This document shows, one piece after another, positions 38,262 through 51,385 of a DNA stretch of 64,000 nucleotides. Origin of the DNA: the human T2T-CHM13v2.0 reference genome, Homo sapiens; the NCBI RefSeq assembly GCF_009914755.1, contig NC_060945.1; one strand, 5' to 3'. The translations under genes were made by a program, and so were the position numbers. The stretch's first letter is position 1. Each line of letters opens with the position of its first letter. The notes under the pieces are model-generated. The model was not told the DNA's origin, did not search any database, and was given only the letters and a program-made list of their open reading frames with translations.

Positions 38262-39679
38262 TTCTTCTAACTTTTTCTTTCTCGCACTATTTTGTATCAT
38301 GTAGTGTGGTGGTGGTTAAATTTATAATGTAATTCACATATCACAGAATATTGAAATAGGATTATGAGAGACTGACAGCTATAAGAGATCCAGAACTTAT
38401 AGCAGAATGTTGACTAAAATTTGGGTCACCTTTTTGTAAGGAAGGATAAACGTATTTTCAGCATACAGCTTTTGCATTAATTATGTAGCAGCAGTTTTTT
38501 AAGCCTTAACAATTTAAATAAAGTTATATGTGAATCTTGTGCAGTTGTAGGGATGAATTATATTATTTATTTTTCTTTTTCATGAAAATCATCTCAATCT
38601 CCTTAATATTTGGGAATTGCCCACCTCAAAAGTTATGGTAGAGGGTAGAGCATCCCTTCATCTCGCCACAGAATCTGAAAATCAGATGCTTAGTAGCTTA
38701 GCTTTTCTCCCAGTGAGAATGAGAATATATGATGTAGGTTTGGACTATGGGATCTAATCACCATGGGGCTGCATGAATAATAAATGACTTGAACAAGCAG
38801 AGAGAATGGAGACTCTATTTTGAAGGTGATGAGCCATAGAAACAGTAGGACTACCAAGTTTCCAGAGGGCAGCTGTGGCAATGGCTCAGGAGTGGCCTCA
38901 GGTGTCCAAGGTTGGCATTATGTTTTGGGGGTACTTAATTTTGGTCAAGACTTCAGCTGTAGTCCCGTCTGCTGTTTTACCTCTTTCATTCTTGTCTTTT
39001 TTACATACTTGTTTTTTTTCCCCTCATCTATCTGGAGATTCAGCAAATCTTTATATATGTTCAGGGCTGCATTGTAAGTGTTAAATAAATAATTTTTTTA
39101 AGTCAGCAAGAGATTATTTCTCTTGCATGCAACAAAAATGGACAGAGAATGGATGAAAAGCAGGGAGGAGGAAGATAAAATAAGTATTCTTTTCCTAAGT
39201 AACCCAAGACAGAGTACCTGGAAAGAGCTCAAAATCTAAGCATAAAAAGGTTAGAGGAATAGAACACATTCAGTGTCTCAAGGTAGTGTTTTCTAGCAGT
39301 CAAGAAGACATGTGCTCTCTTACAGGTACAATATAAAAGGAGAAAGGAAAAAACTATAGTTATACCTACAAAGCCAACAAGGGGAAAAAATAATGTGCTT
39401 TGCTGACAAGTCCTGGGCTGGGAGTGTTGTGCTGAGGATGGGGACTGAGATGGGCACCGGGGATGCTGTGCAACTTTATGGCATGTTGGAAATAGCTTTG
39501 CTATTATTTGAATTTTCCTAGACTTTACTAGCTACAAACATATTTACAACAACAAGAGTATTACAGTTCCACTAACTTTTGCTTCCTCTTTCTAATGTAT
39601 GGCATTGGCCTCATATCATGTGTTTTTATGAATTTCCAGGAGTCTCTTGGGTTTGTTCACATCATGGTGATGTAAAGAG

Positions 39680-40040
39680 GAATATGTGAATTTTTTGCCA
39701 CACTTTTCATTGAGAGGTGATTCACTTTTCCTTCTCCTTGATTCTGAGTTGGCCCTGGGACTTATTGTCACCAACAGAATGCAGCAAAAGTGGTGTTGTC
39801 TAGCATATGAGGCTGGGCCTTAAGAGACTGCAATTTCTGCCTTTGCCTCTTGGAATGCTCCTTTTTGGGACCCAGTGGCTATGCTTAAAGGAAGCCATTT
39901 GGAGAGAGAAGAACCCAGCCATTCCACCCATACCTGCCAACACCTACAGCTGATACCTGCCAGGCACCATCACAGAAGACTGGGGTCTTCATGACAAAAA
40001 CCACAAAATAGGTTGTTATTTCATAACATACTTTAGAATG
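39680..40040 (+). mobile_element. MLT1 (G/H-like) LTR
   Basis: caccaacagaatgcagcaaaagtg..ggctgggccttaagagactgca. Confidence 0.7.
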
Positions 40041-41364
40041 AGAGTGGGAAAAGCACTGCATTTGCTCAAAAGCATTTGGAAAAACTTAAAATTTCCCACT
40101 TTGTAAGTATAAATCACAAGTCACAATGCACTGGAACATGGGACAGTTCTAAGTAACAGACATGCAGTGTGCTCAAGATTCTCCCTGTCCAATCCACCAA
40201 GGATTTTCATTTTCATATTTTTCTTTATTGTGGTAAGCTCATTGTGCTTGACTTTTTTTTTCTTTGTTAGGGTTTATTCTTCCAAATAAGCCTCCTCAGT
40301 TACTCTGTAAATAGAGATCTCTTGTCCTGCCCTATATGTTCTCCAGACATGTGAAAGAAAGTGCTGTATCTTATGTAGATTCAAACTGGGACAGCTTCCA
40401 CACTAGGGGAATATTAGAGTGTAATATTCTAGAATTAGAATGACAGACTTCTGTTGAGTTTTCACTCACACTCTCCATGTATGAGAGAGATACCAGAAAG
40501 TGAATTTCTGCAACAGGACATACATGAGCTCCTGGAGATTCTTCAGAGTGACTAATAATATATTCCCGTTTGTGTAAGGAGACCATCACAACTCAGACAG
40601 ATCTTTTCATGATAAAATCAAAACACCTGAAGATGGAGGCAGGCGAACTGATACACATTCAATTCACATTTCTTTTTTAATTTAGTGACTTCAACTAACC
40701 TCATATCATCATAGAGAAGTTACATATATTATTCAGGGGTTACCATTTGTTACTTACATGCCAAATCTCAATGATCAGATTGTCGGCTACGCCAGCATGG
40801 GGATGGGACTCTACTAGTATTTGATGGTACAGATTTTCCTTAGCGAAGAGCTAACTTCTCTTATTTTATGTCACCTGGACTCAGTCCAATTATTGCATCA
40901 GTTTTCTTAACCTTTACACAATGACAGGTTGGCTGTCATTTCCTTAAGCCATATAGTCTGGCTCAGACACTTTAATCACAAAGTGGGTATGCCATTTTCT
41001 CCCACTTTTGCTTTTAGGTAGTATGTTATAGTTCATAATACACTTTCTGTCCACTGGCAAATGTTTCTTTATCAATTACTTACTTATACTACAACTTCAG
41101 TCGATTTCAAACAACTTGATTTATATTCACAATTATAAAGAAATTTTACCATTGCTACGAATATATCTTAGCTTAGCCTATTCAGCATTTTTCAGATTCT
41201 TTGGCTGCAACCAAGGGATGTGATCTGTTCAACACTGTAGGGGAACTCAGGTGGAAATTGATGTTTACTCTAGGAGCAAAACTCACTCAGCAAAGGTCTC
41301 TCCTATCAGTGCTTCTGAAACCTAGAAAATGTGAAAGCCAACTATATAATCATATATTCCTTTA

Positions 41365-41605
41365 TGCAAAAACATTTATTGAATATCACTATGATGCAAG
41401 CAAGTACTGTAATAGATAAATGCAATGTGAAAAATATGTCAGTGCCCTCAACAGATTGGTGAGGACATGTGGACTATAATAGTAATGATAATACATTGAA
41501 ATAATTGCTAGTCGAGGTATGTGTAATGGATTGTGAAAGTGCAGAGGATTGGCATGAATAACAGTTGTGAAGAGTCAGTTAAGGCTTTATAAAAAAGTGA
41601 TGTCT
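41365..41605 (-). mobile_element. L2 3' end; continues after the L1 at about 44130-44560
   Basis: aacatttattgaatatcactatg..tgccctca. Confidence 0.6.
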
Positions 41606-42748
41606 AACACTGATGAAGGAAATTGAAGGGGAAACCAAAAAATTAAAAAATATTCCATGTTCATGGGTTGGAAGAATCAATATTGTTAAAATATCTATAC
41701 TACTCAAAGCAATATATATTTTTTAATGCAATCTCTATCAAAATACCAATGACATTCTTGACAAAAATTGAAAAAAAAATCCAAAAATTTATATGGAACC
41801 ACAAAAGACCCAGAATAGCCAAAGCTATCCTGAGCAAGAAGAACAAAATTGGAGGAATCACATTATCTGACTTCAAATTATATTACAGAGCTATAGTAAC
41901 CAAAACAGCATGCTGCTGGCATAAAAACAGACACATAGACCAATGGAACAGAATAGAGAACCCAGAAACAAATTCTCACATCTACAGTGAACTCATTTGC
42001 AACAAAAATGCCAAGAACATACACTGGGGAAAAAACACTGTCTTTGATAAATGGTGCTGGGAAAACTGGATATCCATAGGCAAAAGAATTAAACTAGACC
42101 CCTATCTCTCACCATATACAAAAATCAAATCTAAATGGACCAAAGACTTAAGTCTAAGACCTCAAAGTATGAAACTACTACAAGAAAACATTGGGGAAAC
42201 TTTCTAGGACATTGGTCTGGGCAAAGGTTTCTTGAACAATACCCTAAGAGCACAGGCAACCAAAGCAAAAATGGACAAATGAGATCACATCAAGTCAAAA
42301 AGCCTCTATACAGCAAAGGAAGCAATCAACAAAGTGAAGAGACAACCCACAGAATGAGAGAAAATATTTGCAAACTATCCCCTCTGACAGGGTATAAATA
42401 ACCAGAGTATATAAGGAGCTCAAACAACTCTATAGGAAAAAAATCTAATAATCTGATCAACCAATGGGCAAAAAATTTGAATGGACATTTCTCAAAAGAA
42501 GACATACAGATGGCAAATAGGCATATGAAAAGATGCTCAATAACATTCACCATCAGAGAAATGCAAATTAAAACTACAGTGAGATATCATCTCACCTCAG
42601 TTATAAAAGACAGGCAATAACAAATGCTGGCGAGGATGCGGAGAAAAGTGAATTCTTGCACACTGTTGGTGGGAATGTAAATTAGTACAACCACTATGGA
42701 GGACAGTCTGGGGGTACCTCAAAAAACTAAAAATTGAGCTACTATATG

Positions 42749-43130
42749 TGTATTAGTTTGTTCTCACATTGCTAAAAATAACTACCTGAGATTGGGTGAT
42801 TGATAAAATAAGTTTAATTGGCTCACAGTTCTGCAAGCTGTACAGGAAGCATGGCTGGAGAGGCTTCAAGAAACTTACAATCATGGCAAAAGGTGAAGGG
42901 GAAGCAGGCACATCCCGCATGGCTGGAGCAGGAGGAAGAGAGAGAGTGGGGAAGTGCTACTGCTATACACACTTTTAAACAACGAGATCTTGTGAGAACT
43001 TACTATCACCAGAATAGCAAGGGGGGAATCCACCCATGATCCAGTCACCTCTCACCAGGTCTCTCCTCCAACATTGGGAATTATAATTAAACACGAGATT
43101 TGGGTGGGGACACAAATCCAAGCTATATCC
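42749..43130 (-). mobile_element. MSTA solo LTR
   Basis: tgtattagtttgttctc..ggggacacaaatccaagctatatcc. TSD atatg/acatg. Confidence 0.9.
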
Positions 43131-43819
43131 ACATGATTCAGCAATTCCACTGCAGAGTATATACTCATAAGAAAGGAAAGCAGTATATTGAAGAGATATC
43201 TGTACTCCTGTGTTTGTTGCAGCACTGTTTACAATAGCTAAGACTTGGAAGCAACCTAAGTGTCCATCAACAGATGACTAGATAAACAAAATGTGGTCCA
43301 TATACACAATAGAATACTGTTCAGCCATGAAAAGAATGAGACCCAGTTATTTACAACAACGTGGATGGAACTGGAGATCATTATGTTAAGTGAAATAAGC
43401 CAGGCAGAGAAATACAAACATCACATGTTCTCATTTATTTGTGGGATCTAAAAATCAAAGGAATTTAATGGACACAGAAAGTAGAAGGATGGTTACCAGA
43501 TGCTGGGAAGAATAGTGGGGAGTTGGGGAGGAGGTAGGGATGGTTAACAGATACAAAAATAAAGAAAGAATGAATAAGACCTACTATTTGATAGCACAGT
43601 AGGGTGATTATCATCAATGATAACTTACTTGCATATTTTAAAATAAAGAATGTAATTGGATTGTTTGTAACTCAAAGAATAAATGCTTGAGGGGATGGAT
43701 ACCCCATTCTCCATAATGTGCTGATTTCATATTGCATATCTGTATCAAAATATCTCATGTACCCCAAAAATATATATACTATGTACCCACAACAGTTTAA
43801 AAAATAATTTAAAAAACTT

Positions 43820-44452
<633 letters not shown>

Positions 44453-45229
44453 AATCATATTTACATTTTAGAAAGATTAATAGAAAAGTTGTAGAGAACA
44501 GATTACAGGAGATGAGGGTGACTCAGTGAATTTAGGAAACAATTGCAAGATTGTGGGAAACGCCAGTTGCTGTAAATCAGGAGCCTATGTGCCGGAATCC
44601 TGGAACTCAGCTTCTTCCTGAGGACTTGTGAAAATAATCAGGATCCTGTCTGACTGATTCCAAAGTACAGCATCTCCTCTGCCATCAAAGGCTGCTTATT
44701 TTTGCAATGTTAAGTGACTGTGCAAAATAATCCTACTGCTAGCTTGCTTACCAGGACTTGCATCCTCTTAGAAGAACTTCCCACAAAGCTATGGCAGACT
44801 TATTCTGTAACTCCAGGGAATCTCTCTGCCCTCCCTTCTTTTTTCCACACCTCCATCCATTTGAATTTCCCTGTGAATTACTCCTTTGGAAAACTTGTAG
44901 ACAGCCAAACACACAAAGTCTTTCTTATATGTCATTATTTTCTATTGCTCCAAATTTTAATCCCTGATTCACCTTCTCCCATAGTGCTGTTCTTCTGCCT
45001 TCCTCTCTAATGACTTACCTCTGCCCAAACGTTTTCACTGTGCACTTAATTATCCCGATCCATGGTAAAGGTAAGTCCTCTGTCTCTTTATTGAGTGTTT
45101 CTTCTGTTGTCCCAAACTTAAAGCTGATTTTATCATGTGGACACTCCTTATCCTGCGGATTTCTCAAATGTATCCTGCTTCATCTTCTACACCTGAGAAA
45201 TCCTAGAATTTGGAGATGATCCCTGTGTC

Positions 45230-45880
45230 TTCTTTCCCACTCTGCTACAACTGCTCTTCAAAGGATCAATGACTTGCTAAATGATCAAATCCAGTGGACA
45301 CGTTCAGTGGCATTGGATTTTTTTTTTTAATTACTGCCTTTTTTGTTGTTGTTGAACTGCTTTTTTACTTTAGATTTCTTAATACATTTCCTACTTTTCT
45401 CCTTGAGAATATTTTGTTTTTTCATCTTCTTCAATTTATTTCTTGAATTTTAGTGTTATTTAGGGGTACATGCAAAGTCCTCTTTTCTTTTTACATAATA
45501 TACAAAACTTCCTTGAATGATCTAATCTTCTCATGGCTTCACTGACCAACTCTATGTCAATACCTTAAGTTTTAAAGCAAAGTTTTCTCCTGAGATCTGA
45601 CCCATATGGCCCCTTCTGTTGGAAATTCCAAATTTAAGTCAAGTCAATATGCCCTTTAAACTTATTTCTCTCTCTCTCTCTTTCTCTTTTCTCTTTTATC
45701 TCATTTAGAGGTTCCAATACCTAACAGTAACCTAAATGAAGACTTGGCTCCCATACCTCTACCTCCACCAGTCACCAGGTCTTACTGTTTCTAAATGTCT
45801 CTGTGATCTGTTCACTTATATTTGTCTGTTTGCATTGCTATTATTCTAGTTCAAATCAACGCCATCTCATTTCTGTGTTA
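45230..45880 (+). mobile_element. L2 remnant
   Basis: caatgacttgctaaatgatcaaatccagtggac..tctcatggcttcactgaccaactctatgtcaata. Confidence 0.6.
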
Positions 45881-45899
45881 ATTGAAGATTGGGTCCTTT

Positions 45900-46525
45900 C
45901 CTTTTATTTTCTTTTTTGTTTGAGCTTGAAAGGTAGAGAAATGCAGCTGATAGACTAAAGGATCCCTAACCAAGGCCAGATTTTCAGTAAAGGGAAATCG
46001 CAGAGAGGAGTCTGAGACTGAAGAGCAGGCCCGAGGCCACTAGAGGAAGTGATGATCCCAGCACCATCTAAGTGCCACCACGCAGTTGACATGGGTGCTT
46101 CTTATAGAGAAGGGTGTGGGTGAATCAGAAGACGTCACCTGCTAGGGAGTTGAAGCCTTTGGGGCTCAGACAGTTTTGCTCTGGGACATCTCTGAGTGAG
46201 TCACATTGAGAGAAAGATCATCCTTCTCTGCATGTTGGAATCACTGTGGCCCAGATGAATGAGCGAGGATGCTAACAAGTTGGAGCACCAAGGGAAGCCA
46301 GGCCAGGTTACTCCATTGCGCCCACATTTTTGTAGATAGCCAGAGCTTCAGCAAGTAGTGACACTGATAGAGCTTTCCAGAAGGGGTCAGCCAGCAAGGC
46401 ATTAGCTGCCATTGGGAATGGAAACCTGATCAGGTTATAGCGGTGTTCCACTATCAATAGCAAAGCAGGATGTTAAACGGCAGAGTACAGTAGCTGATGC
46501 TATCTGGGTTACCTCATGAGCTGTC
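45900..46525 (-). pseudogene. Candidate 5'-truncated processed pseudogene (parent unidentified)
   Basis: GC-richer island. Minus frame HQLLYSAV*HPALLLIVEHRYNLIRFPFPMAANALLADPFWKALSVSLLAEALAIYKNVGAME* (stop at 46308-46310), then about 390 nt of putative 3'UTR and an A-rich tail at 45902-45920. Confidence 0.4.
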
Positions 46526-46547
46526 ATAATAGTAGAAGCTTTAAGTC

Positions 46548-46732
46548 CAAACTTCCCAACCTGTGGCAAGCATTTATTGATGGGCTATTAATCCCCTCAG
46601 CCCTTGGGATGGCTGGGCAGAAACTTGGACAGCTGGAGCCCCCAGGCCTGTTGTGTTAGATCATTTATCCTAACAGGGTAAACAGTATAATTTTCCACAG
46701 TGGTATGACGAGATAAATATTGGGAAGTACTG
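46548..46732. mobile_element. hAT-Charlie MITE (Charlie15a-like)
   Basis: Terminal inverted repeats acttcccaa..ttgggaagtactg. Core tcccctcagcccttggg. Confidence 0.55.
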
Positions 46733-47127
46733 TGGTTTAAGGATCTGCTAACCATCTGCTAGATGAAGTGACAGTTCTATTCCCTCTGTGTTGCAAACTG
46801 ACTGAAAGTTCACAGTTCAGAGGCTTCTCCTGCCTCCTTGGTAGTTAGCTTAATGTGTACAATATACAGCTGTGTCTGCTTCAATTCTGTCCTAAGCCAG
46901 TATTTTACTCATTCATAAAAAAATTACTCCCTTCACCCCTAGGAAATAGATTAATGAACAAGACTGATTAATTTTGTGCCTTCGTGTAGCTTATATTTTA
47001 GTGGGGGAGAAATACAATAAAAAATGAGTTATTGTCATTGTGACTTTAATTAAATAAGAATAAATAAATAAGATAAAATAAATAAATAAATAAGAAGAAA
47101 TAAATAAAACAAAGAAATAGACATTTT

Positions 47128-47558
47128 AAAAGGGAGGTAGTTGTTATTTTAAAATTGAATTGAATTTGGAAAGCTTGATAAAGGTGAATTGTTTAAACAT
47201 TGCTATTAAATTAGCTTTAAGCAAGCATCCTTAAAAAGTTAAAGAAAAATTCTCATTCTATTTCCACATTTGGCTTGCTGTGCAGGGCTCTTTAAGTTTT
47301 CAGGTAACTCTAAAGAAACAGAAACCTGAAATCATAAACCATTTTTGTTATGGTGGTGTATACATAAAAGACAACAGGGAAAAATCCTGAGCAGATCTGT
47401 GATCAAGTAGACCTCAAGTTGAATTGGGAAATTAATGTACCTTTACATGTTTTCAATTAAAACACAATGTTTAAAGTACATTTTAATATTTTTCAGATTT
47501 AACTGGTTTTTTAAAATTAACAAACTGCATAAATTGCTTTGAATAGGAGAGCTTCTGT
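47128..47558 (+). mobile_element. Tigger-family (TcMar) DNA transposon fossil
   Basis: Decayed CENP-B/HTH-like coding segment (ttggaaagcttgataaaggtgaa, about L-E-x-L-D-K-G-E) and a Tigger-like 3' end (aggagagcttctgt). Confidence 0.6.
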
Positions 47559-47564
47559 CTTAAT

Positions 47565-47720
47565 TCGCTCAGTAAATGTTTATTGAGCCTCAATCATGCC
47601 ATCAAAACTCTGTTTAGGTACTCTGAGAGATGCAAAAATGAGACAAGAATCTCATTCTTGACAGGCTAGCAGTTTGAATGAGATGAATGCAAAACACTCA
47701 AAGACAGTAGGTAATGAGAC
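47565..47720 (-). mobile_element. L2 3' end
   Basis: cagtaaatgtttattgagcct..tttaggtactctgagagatgcaaaaatga. Confidence 0.6.
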
Positions 47721-48431
47721 AGACAATGCATTCCAACCACTAGTCTCTCCTCAAAAATACTAATTAACATCCTCAAACACTTCTCAAAAGTCTTACTTTT
47801 AAGAACCTAAAAATTATGAACCTCTGTATATTGTCTGAATTAGCTTTATCCATCATTATCATCTAATCATAAGTCACTCTTCCAATAAAAGTATAAAGCA
47901 GTAGCCAATACTGTAATGTTTCTAAGATGTTAACAAATGCATCTTAAATGGGTCCTATATTTCATGTAATTATCTTGACACTATGTCTGTATGGGACTGA
48001 CAATTCTATTCTAAATAATTAACTAAGGAAGGAATGGGCCAGCTTCTAAGGCCACTCAACATCAAAACAACTCATTTTGAATTCCCCTAGCCCTTGTCTC
48101 TAATGACACTTCACTCTCCTTAATTATGTGCTTCCTTTCATAGCTCTTCTGTCTTGAAAGGGCAGTTACCATACTTTAAATACAAAAACTCATGACTACT
48201 ATAGATTTCTTTTTTTGTTTGTTTTTTACAGTTTTCAAAATGCTTTCACATACATTTTTCACTTCAAACTTCTGTCTTCCTTCCATCTCCTAGTTCTCCA
48301 AGCCAGATGGAAGAGTCAGCCGGCCTTGCTCCACTCCCAGCAGTCAATTTTAACTCATAAATCTCTTTCCCCTCTTTCCTTTTATATGATATATCCTTTT
48401 ATTTTTTAAAAACCACGACTCTTTAAAAAGA

Positions 48432-48640
48432 AGCTTTAGTGAGGTGTAATTTGCATATGATAAACTGAGCATGTTTAATGAGTACAATTTGATAAGCTTC
48501 AGCTGAGGTATATGCTGGTGACAGCATCATCACTCTCAACATAAGGAACATACCCATCATTCTCAAAGTGTCTTTGTGCCCTTTCAACCCCTTCCTCACA
48601 CTTCACATCCCCAGTCATCCGCTGATCTAGTATCTGTTCC
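48432..48640 (-). mobile_element. L1M (MB/ME) 3' end fragment
   Basis: agctttagtgaggtgtaatttgcatatgataaactg..gtacaatttgataag. Confidence 0.7.
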
Positions 48641-50439
48641 AGATCCCAAAGTCAGGCTGAGAGGTAGTAGACAAAGAACTGTGGAATGTTCCATTAACTC
48701 CCCGTTTGTTTACCCTATGAGGTTATCTAACTAGTTGGGGGCTAAATCAGGGATCAGCTTCCTATTTTCTGTGCAAACCTCACAAGCTGCATGTACTGTA
48801 GTGTTCACAGTGCTAACCGTGGGAGAAAGAAACTCCAATAAAGGGGTTGCTTATCAAATGGTCCAGGAATGTGCCACAAAGGAAGAGGGTACAATTGGCT
48901 TAAGATCTACATGAAGGGACAATGAGGAGCATTTCTGAATGGGTAGGTCAAGCCAGAGGAACATATGTCTAAGCTTTGGGACTTGAAATAGAGTTCTTTT
49001 TCAATTAAGAAGTTGCCCTGTGAAAGCTGCCAATAACTCAGGGTAGGGGGTTTATGGAGATTATATAATAGCAGTGGAGGAAAGAGAACATAAAGTAGGG
49101 ATGGAAATAAATAGAAATTTATTAGCTTGTAAAATTATATATGAGCATTGGAAGGAACCTCAAGAATCATCTAGTCAATGCTCTGATTTTGGTGTCATAA
49201 AAACAAAGTATGCAGGTCATCCAGTTCACTTGTGGCAGATCTAGAGCTAGGATCCAAGCCTCCGATTTTGATTTTGTAGGATTATTTTTCCTTGCAGAAT
49301 TAATATTACTATAGATAATGCCTAAGAATATTAGGCTCTGCTAAAATTAGCTGCTCTGTTTGGTGGTGAGATGCAGAAATTTGTATCTTGGGATGGTGGT
49401 TGCAAGTCCTTGTGACTAGGCGAAAAATATTCCCCAGTAGCTCTTGATTAGTCCCCATATCACTGGAGCAAGGGGCTAAAGATATATATTTGTAGATCTT
49501 TGAGATAAGAATTGTTTCACATTGTGCTGATGATATTATTAGAAGTATAAATTATTGAGCTATGTCCAACATAAAGTTATTTTCTGACTTGTGCAGACAC
49601 AGAGTTAAATCATAAACCATGTATGTTATAATGGTGTATGCATAAAAGACAACAGGGAAAACTGAACATACCTGGGACCAAGCAGACCTCGAGTTGAACT
49701 GGGAAATTAATGTGCATACCCTGTGTATGGGGTAGAAAATGGAGAAATAATATTGTCTAAGTTTATTTGTTTCCTATGGCTGTTTTTCTGTCCACATCCC
49801 TGTCATTTCTAATCTGACCTCAGGCCTGTGAGCTGAAATTCACAGTTTTATCGTGTTTTACCTTTCCCTTTTCAGCTTAATTTGTCTCCTTTCCTGACAA
49901 TAGGTCACACTGATTCACACAAAACATTTATTGGAAACCAAGAGGAACCTGTTTATTGTTTATATCTTTTTGTTTTAAAAATGTGTGTGTACATATATAC
50001 AAAATATGTGTCTCTATGTCTATCTATACATATACACATATTTAAATGTTTTCCTATGCTGTCCATAGCTAATTTTGTTGTTTACTTTGGTATGATACTT
50101 ATTTGCAAAATACCTCTGTGAATATCCTGATAATGTAATGGACTTCTCTTGTAACCATTCATTTTAATCCTATCATATGTAGAAAACCAAAAATCCTGTG
50201 TTCAAATTGCCTGTGCCTTTCCATGTGTACTCACATCCCAATATAGTCACCACCAAGAATAATGAAGTACAAATCCTACATTTTTTCAAGCTTAGGGAAG
50301 ATGGCATGACAAATAGCTACTTTTCTTTCAGTTACCTCTAGTTATAAGGCTCGGATTGCATTTGTAAAGCATTAAAACATTTCCAAGTTTTCCAGATGCT
50401 CTCATTTTGTACCCTGGCTGTCTGTTTTCTGTGTTCTCT

Positions 50440-51385
50440 GGTGATTTTTCATCTCAAACTCATACTTTTCAAGTTCCTCAGGGCTTCTCTTCTTTCTACA
50501 CATTCTCTTGTGATTTCATCTATTTCTGTGGTTCTAAATAAGATCTTTTAGACTCAGCAGGGGTGTCCAATCTTTTGACTTCCCTGGGCCACAGTGGAAG
50601 AAGAACTGTCTTGGGCCATACATAAAATACATTAACACTAATGATAGCTGATGAGCTAAAAAGAAAATCACGAAACAACCTCATAATGTTTCAAGAAAGT
50701 TTACAAATTTATGTTGGGCTGCATTCAAAGTCATTCTGGGCCGCAGGTTGGACAAGCATGTTTTAGAGGATAACTCCAGTACTGACTATGCCTACAATTC
50801 CAGACTTATAGAGCCAACTGGTCACTTGACATTTCTATTTAGATATCAAAGAGGCATCTCAAACTTAACATGGCCCAAACGCTTACTTTCTTGTTCTTCA
50901 AATCTCCTCACTCATCTTCATTTCAGTAAATACTATAGTGCATTACTTCCCCAAATAACTTAAACTAAAAATCAAGTTATTGTTTGTGTCTCTACTTTTA
51001 TCATAATCACTTATCAGGTCCTTTGGACACAACCTCCTGAGTGAGGGGTGTTCGTTCTTTGATGCTTAAAGTTGTACAATCCTTTTTTCTTGTAGAGCCA
51101 GTATGATCATATCACACCTGTTTTTAACTCTCTAACCACTGCTAATCACAATTAGAATAAAATTCACTCCTTGCCCTGGTTTATCAAGCGCCTTTAGATC
51201 CAGGCTATCTTTACGTCATCAACTAATCTCATAGTGCTGGTCACTAGTTAATATTTTTCTTATTTATTGTCCCCTTTTCCCATTTTTCGAAGTGTAAATT
51301 CCATGAATGCAGATTTTTATTATCAGTGCCAGGCACTTTGTAAATGCTCTATTTATCTATCTATCCATATTAAATAAATGAATGG
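50440..51385 (+). mobile_element. L2 remnant interrupted by MER30
   Basis: aggcatctcaaacttaacatggcccaaa, 3' end taaataaatgaat. Confidence 0.65.
50558..50760 (+). mobile_element. MER30 (hAT-Charlie)
   Basis: caggggtgtccaatcttttg..gcaggttggacaagcatg, flanked by ttttagac/ttttagag. Confidence 0.88.

Larger units (their letters stand above)
34590..39145 (+). mobile_element. Ancient ERV-L provirus (LTR33-like LTRs about 34590-34905 and 38555-39145; gag/pol/IN remnants)
   Basis: RT remnant VSSWEQINRAPSSWY (36663-) resembles ERV-L VVSLLEQINTAPGTWY. Integrase remnant HHCGIVHNLVLDQETHFT (37413-) resembles HRHGIPHSIASDQGTHFT. Both LTRs end in a ttaagtcag..ttgc motif. Confidence 0.75.

Noticed and set aside
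41668-42207. 179-aa ORF
   Set aside because: Fragment of L1 ORF2 in a 5'-truncated element.
26949-43810. Apparent 2-kb segmental duplication (26949-28800 vs 41606-43810)
   Set aside because: Two independent L1MA insertions; the second has its own TSD and different flanks.
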